Positions 9,488 to 17,904 of a DNA stretch of 32,000 nt are shown here, in pieces. Source of the DNA: Candidatus Hermodarchaeota archaeon (GTDB lineage Archaea > Asgardarchaeota > Heimdallarchaeia > Hodarchaeales > Hodarchaeaceae); assembly GCA_048886185.1 (NCBI GenBank), contig JBHLKY010000030.1, forward strand, positions 1,836 to 33,835. The letters run 5' to 3'. The stretch's first letter is position 1. The number at the start of each line of letters is the position of its first letter. Both the position numbers and the translations under genes were made by a program. The notes under the pieces were generated by a model. It searched no databases and was not told the origin of the DNA. It saw only the letters and a list, made by a program, of their open reading frames with translations.

Positions 9488-9682
9488 GGCATCGTCCTCT
9501 CGAGATCTAACACCTAGAATTATCTACACAAGTTCAAGTGTAAAGTTTTAAGATTCATCAAATAAATCTTTTTATATAATTCTGTGTTATTAAAGGTATT
9601 AACCATTAAATAAAAAAAAACTATTGGTTCGCGTGAAAATAAGGCGTTTCTTTTTTGATTCTAATGTTGGAGCGTTAATCTC

Positions 9683-10030
9683 TTGCAACAACGCAAACCG
9701 CCCGATATTTTGTGTGAGATCACATGTAGATCTTTTCGATGCAGTGAAAAACTCTTGTCGATTACATATAGTCGTGGTGAGAAGAAGATAATGTGCAGAA
9801 TGATTGAAGGCGACGAATGTATCGGTTATAAATGTAAGTTTGCTGTTTGTTTTGTTCGGCCTTCAGCTTTGGATGTTTCAACAGGTTCTTGTTCTCAAAA
9901 GCTGAAACGTCAGAGACCTCGACACACTCAAAAAGCTAGTAGTAAAGATACTTTTGACGATCCCTTGAAATATAAAAATCTACTTGACAAAAAGTTAAGA
10001 AAAAATTTCAAGCTCAAAGATTACTATTAG
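9683..10030 (+). CDS. Small Cys-rich, putatively metal-binding hypothetical protein with basic tail
   Basis: TTG start with GGAG upstream. Cys pattern CEITC-RSFRC...C-RMIEGDECIGYKCKFAVC...C; Lys/Arg-rich C-terminus. Confidence 0.7.
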   Translation: MQQRKPPDILCEITCRSFRCSEKLLSITYSRGEKKIMCRMIEGDECIGYKCKFAVCFVRPSALDVSTGSCSQKLKRQRPRHTQKASSKDTFDDPLKYKNLLDKKLRKNFKLKDYY

Positions 10031-10093
10031 GATCTTTTCAGTAAGTAGATCTCTTTCTGTGTAATACTTTTCAATTTTACAAAGAGAGATTGA

Positions 10094-11575
10094 TTAAACT
10101 AGCTTGTGTGTGAAATGGTAAAATCCACTCGTTTCATATAGAAATAGGACTATGATGACTATAGCAATCAAGCTGAGTCCAAAACAGAAAGTAAAAAGAC
10201 CAATAATTCCTTCTGGGCCAAGGCCAACAAAATATCCTCCTATAATAGCGCCCATAATATTTCCCATAGCCATGAGTGATTGGGTAAAGCCCATCTCACG
10301 TCCCCGTTGCCCTGATTTGGTTACATCACTAACTAAACCAAGAGCAGCTGAAATAAAACAAGAAGCGGAGAGACCGTAAATGATAATCATTAAGACAACA
10401 AAGATGTGAGGGATCGGGAGTGGATTTTCAGGGATAAGATTCAAGGAAATTGTATCTGTTAATGAGAATGGATTTTTTATCAGATTAGACAATTCAGAAA
10501 GTTCCCATACTTGATTTCCATTTACGGATTCATAATCAAGAATGGATGCAAGTGTTATTAACAACATACTGGTACCAATAACTCCAATTACCAAGAAGGG
10601 TTTTCGTCCTACGTTATCAGAAAGTTTACCTAATACTGGTTGCATTATTCCCATTATACAAATCGCAAGAAAGCCAATTACCGCAATAGCGGGTCCTACC
10701 TCTATAACGAGGTCGAATATAATAGTAGGTGCTACAAAAGTGCTTGCTCCTATGAGTGTTGTATAAGCTAACCATGCAATGGCGAATTTACGAAACTGTT
10801 TGTCTTGAAGACTTTCTAGCATAGTTTTAAACGGATTTATATCAATCTCTGAATCCGTTACAGTTTGAGTGAAATCTGTTAGCATTATATCAGCTTCATC
10901 ATGTGAGACTATATCTGTATGGGGTTCAAAGAACCTAAACACATAAATTGAAGTAGCCAAGAACATTATGATTGCAAAGAAGAAGAATGAGTCCTCTTTT
11001 AAAATCGCCCATGCGAATAAAGCAAATGGATTCCCAATAGCTCCTCCAGCAGCTTTTGCTAAGTAGAATTTCCCCATTGTTTCACCATGCTTTTCTTCTG
11101 GGGATAAATCTGCAATTACCGCTAATATGGGTCCAGAGATCATCGCAGCAGCTAACCCTTTCAACCCGTTCGAAAGGACTAGAACTAGAAAACTAAATGG
11201 TAGAGTCGCATAGTAAGGATACATAATGGGAAAAATAATAAAGGAAATACCTGCTAATGCTGTTCCAATGATTAAAAATGGTCGTCGTCCAAAACGATCG
11301 CTAATTAATCCGAAAAATGACGCAGTTGATAATGAAACGATGTAGTAACTGGCTACAATTATTGCGGTTTCGATACCCACCGTACTCGTTCCACTTTGTT
11401 CTCCTAATTCCCGGAGGTATAGGGGTAAACTAAATCCTGCAGAAGCAAATGCACATTCCGTCACAGCCACTGCAATATAAAGAATCATACTTTGCTTCTT
11501 TAGCAAAAAGGTGATGGGTTGGCCAATGAAATGCAAGGTTTCCTTTGTATATTTTGATATTGTAAGGCGTGGCAC
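10094..11575 (-). CDS. Major facilitator superfamily transporter
   Basis: GTG start, about 12 TM helices, MFS motif A in both halves (GLISDRFGRRPF, GKLSDNVGRKPF). Confidence 0.92.
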   Translation of the reverse strand: MPRLTISKYTKETLHFIGQPITFLLKKQSMILYIAVAVTECAFASAGFSLPLYLRELGEQSGTSTVGIETAIIVASYYIVSLSTASFFGLISDRFGRRPFLIIGTALAGISFIIFPIMYPYYATLPFSFLVLVLSNGLKGLAAAMISGPILAVIADLSPEEKHGETMGKFYLAKAAGGAIGNPFALFAWAILKEDSFFFFAIIMFLATSIYVFRFFEPHTDIVSHDEADIMLTDFTQTVTDSEIDINPFKTMLESLQDKQFRKFAIAWLAYTTLIGASTFVAPTIIFDLVIEVGPAIAVIGFLAICIMGIMQPVLGKLSDNVGRKPFLVIGVIGTSMLLITLASILDYESVNGNQVWELSELSNLIKNPFSLTDTISLNLIPENPLPIPHIFVVLMIIIYGLSASCFISAALGLVSDVTKSGQRGREMGFTQSLMAMGNIMGAIIGGYFVGLGPEGIIGLFTFCFGLSLIAIVIIVLFLYETSGFYHFTHKLV

Positions 11576-11829
11576 AGCTCTCTTTTCCTTTATGAGGTAT
11601 TTGATTCTGATTAGCCTATTAAGTCAATGTATTGGTTTCGTGAACTTAATATTATCTTCTTCTTGCTTGTTTTATTAAGTTTGCATTACACTTCATAATA
11701 CAGTTAAATTTTATCAAAATAAGGAAAATTTAAAATTCTTTGTACCTTAAAGAAAGCAAACGATCTTATTATCCAAATTTTCGCCAAAAAAGTATTAATC
11801 ATGTTAATTTTCAAATTGAGGAGTTAAAC

Positions 11830-12732
11830 ATGAAAATTTCACTTGTTGGACTTAGTGGTTGCGGTAAAACATCAATCTATTTCACTACATTGGGTGGGAT
11901 GGCTCCTATGGAGACCAGTGATTTCGGGCCGACCATTATGTATGAGGTGAAGTCCCATAATTACTTGGGTCTTCAAATATCCCTGTGGGACTTCGGAGGG
12001 CAAGAAAAATATAGGCAATCGTACCTCGAGACACCTAAACTTCTCGCTAACACCACGGTGTTGGTTTTAGTCCTTGATCTCCATCATCCTGAGGATTTTA
12101 AGAAAGCAGACGATTACTTTAGGCAGGTTTATTCCGCTATTAAAGAAAATGGAGGAGATCCTCGTTTAATAATTTTCTTTCATAAATATGATACAGAGCA
12201 ATATCTTAAGGAACAGCTTGAAGAGAATCTCGACAAAGCTAGAGAATTACCATTTGTCCGAGAACTTAATCCTGAATCCTTTGTTACATCTATTTATAGA
12301 CAAGAGGAATTAAGTGAGGTTTTTCGTCAAATCTTGATTTCAGACTTTGATAAATTAAAAAATAGCGTTGAACACGCTCAAAACCAACTCATGAAGCTGA
12401 ATTCAAAGATCATTGTGAGTGATGTGAATGGAAATGTTATTACTCATAGTATCAAGGGTTTTTCAACGGGAATCCAGCTTCGTGAAGATTTGCGTGATTA
12501 TATTCTTTCCTGTAATGTATTACGTGAAAATTTCCTCACAAGTGATTCAGCTTCTTTTTCTGCCATTTCTGATTCAAAGACATTAGAATTGCATATTTTT
12601 AATTTTGTTCTAGCTGTACTCATTATGGTAGATAAAGGGGTAAAAGTTGATCCCCCTGAAGATATCGAAGCTTTGCTAAAAGATATGAAAGTGTTTGCAG
12701 AATTAATCATTGAAGCTAGTAGAGAAGATTAA
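11830..12732 (+). CDS. Rag/Gtr1-like small GTPase with C-terminal roadblock-like domain (start revised from 11740 to ATG 11830)
   Basis: GAGGAG SD precedes ATG 11830 (MKISLVG). G1 GLSGCGKTS, G2 GPTIMYE, G3 DFGGQ, G4 HKYD, G5 TSI. C-terminal KIIVSDVNGNVITHS roadblock-like strand-turn-strand. Confidence 0.88.
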   Translation: MKISLVGLSGCGKTSIYFTTLGGMAPMETSDFGPTIMYEVKSHNYLGLQISLWDFGGQEKYRQSYLETPKLLANTTVLVLVLDLHHPEDFKKADDYFRQVYSAIKENGGDPRLIIFFHKYDTEQYLKEQLEENLDKARELPFVRELNPESFVTSIYRQEELSEVFRQILISDFDKLKNSVEHAQNQLMKLNSKIIVSDVNGNVITHSIKGFSTGIQLREDLRDYILSCNVLRENFLTSDSASFSAISDSKTLELHIFNFVLAVLIMVDKGVKVDPPEDIEALLKDMKVFAELIIEASRED

Positions 12733-13099
12733 ACGTCTAAGAATCGTTATTCAGTTATATTTCTAATTATCCCAGAAACTCACCTTTTTTCCTCAAGATT
12801 TCGCTTTTTTTGTTTGTAAGGCTCGATTCAATTTTAGATCTTGGATTACTTAACTTATGAGGTTAAAAAGCACCTGAATACTCTAAATAAGAGACATTTT
12901 ATTGTTTGTACCTATTTTATGATAATTTAACTTTAAATCACTTGTAGAATAAATTTTTTAATTTATGTCAAGAAAGTAAGTCAAAATTTTCTTTTATTAT
13001 CTTCTAAGCATCAAAGATTTCAAGGTTTGAAAAACTCACGAGGTTTTCCATAGAATTCTTAAAATCCCCCCGAAAATCATTTATTGGAGGCATTTCTAA

Positions 13100-13585
13100 T
13101 TGATTGTTGAAGAAATAGGGAATACAACCCTTCAAAAGATATTTACATCAAAAAAGAGGAGTCGAAGTAGCTTAATCCCAATTTTACAAGACATACAAAG
13201 TGAATTTGGGTATTTATCTAAAGAAAACATGATTCATATTGGGGAATATATTGGAATGTCATTTAACGAAGTTTATGGGGTTGCTTCATTCTATAAACAA
13301 TTCAAATTTGTTAAATCTGGAAAACATATAATAACTGTATGTTTAGGAACAGCTTGCTTTGTAAAGGGCGGTCAAATACTCGCTGAAACTGTAAGAACAA
13401 AATTAGGTATTAATCCAGATGAAACTACAGAGGATAGGTTATTTAGTTTTGAACGTGTTGCTTGTTTAGGATGTTGTGCCTTATCTCCAGTTGTTCAAAT
13501 TGATGGGGAAGTTTATGGAGAAATGAAACCAGCAAAATTACTTCGAATTATCAATAACATAATTAGGGAAGAAAATAATAAGTAG
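13100..13585 (+). CDS. NuoE/HydC-like [2Fe-2S] subunit
   Basis: TTG start with GGAGG SD. LIPILQDIQ, VYGVASFY, CLGTACFVKG and CLGCCALSP motifs. Confidence 0.95.
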   Translation: MIVEEIGNTTLQKIFTSKKRSRSSLIPILQDIQSEFGYLSKENMIHIGEYIGMSFNEVYGVASFYKQFKFVKSGKHIITVCLGTACFVKGGQILAETVRTKLGINPDETTEDRLFSFERVACLGCCALSPVVQIDGEVYGEMKPAKLLRIINNIIREENNK

Positions 13586-13596
13586 GTAACTGGATA

Positions 13597-15423
13597 ATGA
13601 CCAAAAAAAATTCTTCTCTTAGAACAGTTCTAATTTGCCAAGGAACAGGATGTATCTCATCAAAATCAAATGAGATTAAAGAGGAATTTGAAGAACAGAT
13701 AATTGCGGAGGGTCTAGAAAATGAGGTGAAAGTAGACTTCACTGGTTGTCATGGATTCTGTGCTCAAGGTCCTATTGTGATAATTGAACCAGATGGAATT
13801 TTGTATTGTAAGATTAAAGTGGTAAATGTCAAAAACATTGTTACTTCACATTTGAAAAACATCCGGCCTGTTGAAGAATACTTTTACACCGATCCTAAAT
13901 CTGGAAGGAGAATATCAAAGTATAAAGATATTCCTTTTTATAGTAAACAGACACGAATGATTTTAGGTAACTGCGGACACATTAATCCTGAAAATATTGA
14001 CGATTATTTGCACATTGGTGGTTATTCAGGACTTAAACGAGCATTGAAAACCTCTCCCGAAGAGGTTATTCAAATTATTAAAAATTCTGGTTTACGTGGG
14101 AGAGGAGGCGCAGGTTTCCCAACTGGCATGAAATGGGAATTCTGTCGTAATGCACCTGGAAACGAGAAATACATTATTTGTAATGCAGATGAAGGAGATC
14201 CTGGAGCTTTTATGGATCGTTCAATACTTGAAGCAGATCCACACAGCGTTTTAGAAGGAATGATTATCGGAGCATATGCCATTGGCGCTTCTAAAGGCAT
14301 TATCTATGTTCGTGCTGAATATCCTTTAGCAGTTAAGCGTTTTAGATTTGCTCTTGAAACAGCAAGAAAAAATGGATTTCTTGGAGAAAATATTCTAAAT
14401 AATGGATTTTCATTCGATATTTCCGTTCATGAAGGTGCAGGCGCTTTTGTTTGTGGCGAAGAGACAGCATTGATGGCCTCAATAGAAGGAAACAGAGGTA
14501 ATCCACGACCTAGGCCACCATTTCCAGCAGAGTCTGGCCTTTGGGGTAAACCCACCAATATCAATAATGTAAAGACATGGGCTTCTACTGCGTGGATTTT
14601 TAAAAATAGTTGGGAGAAGTTTCACGCTATTGGTGTTGAACATGCACCTGGTACAGCGATTTTCTCACTAACAGGGAAAGTTAAGAATTTGGGCTTAATA
14701 GAAGTACCTATGGGTATCAGTATAAGAGAAATCGTCTATGAAATAGGTGGTGGTATTTTAGATGATAAGGAATTTAAAGCTGTTCAGACTGGAGGTCCTT
14801 CAGGTGGATGTTTACCAAAAAGTCATTTAGACTCCCCTGTTGATTATGAAAGCATGGCTACTTCTGGTAGTATTATGGGTTCAGGTGGAATGATTGTTCT
14901 TGATGAAACTGATTGTATGGTAAAATTAGCTCATTATTTCATAACATTTACACAAGCTGAGTCTTGTGGGAAATGTGTCCCCTGTCGGATCGGAACAAGA
15001 GCAATGTTGGTTATTCTAGATCGGATTATAAAAGGAGAGGGTGAAGACCGAGACCTCATGCTTTTAGAAGAATTAGCCAATACGGTAAAAATGGGATCAT
15101 TATGTGGGCTTGGCCAAACCGCACCAAATCCCGTATTAACTACATTGAAATATTTTCGTAATGAGTATCAGACCCATATTTTTGAAAAACGTTGTCCTGC
15201 TAAAGATTGTCAAGATCTGATTGAATACGTAATTGATGAAGCTATTTGTAATGGATGTACATTATGTGCCCGCAACTGCCCAATGAAGGTCATCACAGGG
15301 ATTAAAGGAGCTACTCACATGATTGATACAAATAGGTGCATTAGATGTGGTATCTGTTTCAAAAGTTGTCCTAGAAACGCAGTGTACAAAAGGGATCGGT
15401 ATCCTCAGCAGGTGAAAAGATGA
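13597..15423 (+). CDS. HydB-type (NuoF family) FMN/NADH-binding subunit with N-terminal [2Fe-2S] and C-terminal 2x[4Fe-4S] domains
   Basis: CQGTGC...GCHGFC, GRGGAGFPTG, NADEGDPGAFMDR, GAGAFVCGEETAL, ESCGKCVPCRIG, SLCGLGQ, and two CxxCxxCxxxCP motifs. Confidence 0.95.
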   Translation: MTKKNSSLRTVLICQGTGCISSKSNEIKEEFEEQIIAEGLENEVKVDFTGCHGFCAQGPIVIIEPDGILYCKIKVVNVKNIVTSHLKNIRPVEEYFYTDPKSGRRISKYKDIPFYSKQTRMILGNCGHINPENIDDYLHIGGYSGLKRALKTSPEEVIQIIKNSGLRGRGGAGFPTGMKWEFCRNAPGNEKYIICNADEGDPGAFMDRSILEADPHSVLEGMIIGAYAIGASKGIIYVRAEYPLAVKRFRFALETARKNGFLGENILNNGFSFDISVHEGAGAFVCGEETALMASIEGNRGNPRPRPPFPAESGLWGKPTNINNVKTWASTAWIFKNSWEKFHAIGVEHAPGTAIFSLTGKVKNLGLIEVPMGISIREIVYEIGGGILDDKEFKAVQTGGPSGGCLPKSHLDSPVDYESMATSGSIMGSGGMIVLDETDCMVKLAHYFITFTQAESCGKCVPCRIGTRAMLVILDRIIKGEGEDRDLMLLEELANTVKMGSLCGLGQTAPNPVLTTLKYFRNEYQTHIFEKRCPAKDCQDLIEYVIDEAICNGCTLCARNCPMKVITGIKGATHMIDTNRCIRCGICFKSCPRNAVYKRDRYPQQVKR

Positions 15424-17030
15424 CTAAATGGATGACTATCAACGGAAAACGTGTAGTGTTCGAGGAAGGAGAAACAGTACTCGAAGTTGCAACAAAAGCA
15501 GGGATATATATCCCCACTCTCTGTGCGAGACCTGATCTTCCTTCAATAGGTGCATGTCGCCTATGTATTGTAGAAGTCGAAGCTGGTCGGGGATTTTCCA
15601 ATTCTTGTACTTTACCAGCAAGAGAAGGAATGATTGTCAGAACAGAAACACCTAATATCAGAGCGATAAGACGAAACATTTTCCAATTAATTCTTTCGGA
15701 ACATCCTAGCTCTTGTATTGTATGTAATAATCAGGAGGAGTGTGAGGAAGTCCGTCATGGAGAGTACAAGGCGGGTCGAGTGATTGGTTGTTACACATGC
15801 AGTAATAAGGATCGATGTGAAATCAGAGAGCTGGCCGAATACTTACGAATAAAAGAAATCCGATTTCCAAAGTTGTATAAGAATTTGCCATTAGAACGGG
15901 AAGATCCATTTCTTGTTCGAGATTATAATCTCTGTATTCTCTGTGCTCGATGTATTAGAGCGTGTCAGAATGTTTTGGGGCATAGTGCTATCACACTCAC
16001 TAAACGAGGTCATGATACAAAAGTAGGAACATTACTAGAAATCCCTCATCTTGAAAGTGGATGTGTATTTTGTGGGCATTGTATAGATGTTTGTCCGACA
16101 GGAGCATTAACTGCTCGAGGATCTAAGTGGTTTGGTACTCCTGATAAGTCAATAGAAACAACATGCGTTTTATGTTCACATAATTGTCAAATGGTCATCG
16201 ATATAAAATGGGATAAAGTTGTAAATGTTCATCCACCTTATGAGATGTCAGCTCGTCGTGAATATTGTGTTAAGGGCCGTTTTTGCATTCCCGCACTAAT
16301 TAACGGCCGAGATCGTCTTCAATATCCAATGATTAAGCGTACAATCATTAAAGAGGAACTCTTTCCTGCATCTTGGGAAGAAGCCATTAATTATGCTGCA
16401 GAGAATTTGAAAAAGTTTAAACCTGAAGAGATAGGTATTTTTATTTCTCCATTTTTAACAGATGAGGCTGTATTCATACTTAACAAGTTCGCTCTACAAG
16501 TAAGCGAGAATAATATTGCTTATGACGACAAAGCACTCCAAGATTTAGCAGCTCAAGGAATCAAATTATTATATGCAACACAAAGATCCAAAGAACTTCT
16601 TAAAATGAAGGATCTAGAATTCTTAATTCTTCAAGATATTTATTATTCTAACTATTGTGAAATAGCAGGGGTTATTTTTCCAATGACAGCTTTTACTGAA
16701 GAGGAAGGCACAAAAACAGGAGATGAATTCATGAGAAATCCAGTTAGACAGGCAGCTGAACCAGTTGGGCTTGCTCTTCCTAGTTGGGATATTACCAATC
16801 GTTTGGCAAAGGCTATGAACTTAGAAGGATTCTCATATAGCTCACTGAACGATGTTCAGGATGATATTGTGAAAGAAGATCCTATTGAAATCCCATTGGT
16901 TCCAAAATCTTCCCTTGAATACTTAGGAATTCCTTTTGTTGAGAAAGTAAAAGATTTTCAAACTTTTTTTAATGCTAAACGACTAATCCATAAAACAAAA
17001 GGCAAAGGTGAGTTCATTGTCAATTTATAA
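15420..17030 (+). CDS. NuoG/FdhA-like Fe-S subunit with an internally deleted, cofactor-less molybdopterin-oxidoreductase domain
   Basis: IPTLC...GACRLC...SC [2Fe-2S]; HxxxCxxCxxxxxC; CILCARCIRAC and CVFCGHCIDVCP; TTCVLCSHNC...CVKGRF. No H-cluster motifs, no Mo-ligand Cys/Sec segment. 4-nt overlap with the upstream gene. Confidence 0.85.
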   Translation: MTKWMTINGKRVVFEEGETVLEVATKAGIYIPTLCARPDLPSIGACRLCIVEVEAGRGFSNSCTLPAREGMIVRTETPNIRAIRRNIFQLILSEHPSSCIVCNNQEECEEVRHGEYKAGRVIGCYTCSNKDRCEIRELAEYLRIKEIRFPKLYKNLPLEREDPFLVRDYNLCILCARCIRACQNVLGHSAITLTKRGHDTKVGTLLEIPHLESGCVFCGHCIDVCPTGALTARGSKWFGTPDKSIETTCVLCSHNCQMVIDIKWDKVVNVHPPYEMSARREYCVKGRFCIPALINGRDRLQYPMIKRTIIKEELFPASWEEAINYAAENLKKFKPEEIGIFISPFLTDEAVFILNKFALQVSENNIAYDDKALQDLAAQGIKLLYATQRSKELLKMKDLEFLILQDIYYSNYCEIAGVIFPMTAFTEEEGTKTGDEFMRNPVRQAAEPVGLALPSWDITNRLAKAMNLEGFSYSSLNDVQDDIVKEDPIEIPLVPKSSLEYLGIPFVEKVKDFQTFFNAKRLIHKTKGKGEFIVNL

Positions 17031-17904
17031 TATCGTTAAAAAATATGAATGTGTTCCAAACATCCATAAGTTAATCATCTCAGTACCAGAAATAGCTAAA
17101 AAGGCCCAACCAGGGCAATTCGTACTCGTAATGGTAGATGAGAAATCTGAGAGAATTCCATTAACAATTGCTGATTGGGATGTGACTACAGGAACTATTA
17201 CATTATTTGTTCAAGAAGTTGGATTGTCTACAACAAAATTTGCTTTTATGGAAGAAGGAGATTCATTTTTTAGTATTGTGGGCCCCTTAGGAAAACCTGC
17301 CTACCTGGATAAATTTGGAACTGTAGTATTGGGAGGTGGTTGTTTTGGGATTGGAGCTATCTATTCAATAGCTAAAAAGCTCAAGAAATTGGAAAATTAC
17401 GTTATCACTATAATTGAGGCAAGAAATGACTGGCTTTTGTATTTTGAGGATGAATTTCAATCTATAAGTGATGAAGTTATCGTGACAACTAGTGATGGGT
17501 CAAAAGGATCAAAAGGGTATATCTATGATGTTCTTGACAATATGATTACAGAAGGACGGGAAATTGATCATATAAAAGTTATTGGATGTAATGTCATGAT
17601 GAGTAAGGTTTCAGCCCTCACTAAAGAAAAAGGTTCCATTCCAACCTATGCAACTGTCTCAGCAATTATGGTGGATGGTACTGGGATGTGTGGAGCTTGT
17701 CGTTTGACATATGATGGAAAAACAAAATTTGCATGCGTGGATGGCCCAGAGTTCAATGCACACAAAATTGATTGGGAGGAACTAATACAAATCCGAAATA
17801 CAACTTATATTCAGGAGGAAACCCTTGCTTTCCAAACTCATTCCCCACAATGTCTATCTCTAAAGAGATTTGCAGAAATAAAAGATGAAGAGGAATTATT
17901 TTGA
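17008..17904 (+). CDS. nfnA: NfnA/SudB-like FAD/[2Fe-2S] subunit (PyrK family)
   Basis: AQPGQFV...ERIPLTIAD, GPLG, MVDGTGMCGACR and CVDGPEF motifs; GTG start overlapping the upstream gene. Confidence 0.9.
   Translation: MSSLSIYNIVKKYECVPNIHKLIISVPEIAKKAQPGQFVLVMVDEKSERIPLTIADWDVTTGTITLFVQEVGLSTTKFAFMEEGDSFFSIVGPLGKPAYLDKFGTVVLGGGCFGIGAIYSIAKKLKKLENYVITIIEARNDWLLYFEDEFQSISDEVIVTTSDGSKGSKGYIYDVLDNMITEGREIDHIKVIGCNVMMSKVSALTKEKGSIPTYATVSAIMVDGTGMCGACRLTYDGKTKFACVDGPEFNAHKIDWEELIQIRNTTYIQEETLAFQTHSPQCLSLKRFAEIKDEEELF

Noticed and set aside
11740-11829. 30-codon N-terminal extension of the GTPase
   Set aside because: ATG 11830 has a GAGGAG SD and begins at the first beta-strand; the extension is AT-rich intergenic-like sequence.
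12733-13099. SurR (GTT-n3-AAC) or Rex operator upstream of the redox operon
   Set aside because: No match to either consensus found by eye here or at 22645-22917.
13100-17030. Respiratory complex I, [FeFe]-hydrogenase or formate dehydrogenase
   Set aside because: No membrane Nuo subunits, no H-cluster motifs, no Mo/W ligand region, and no NiFe large subunit in the window.
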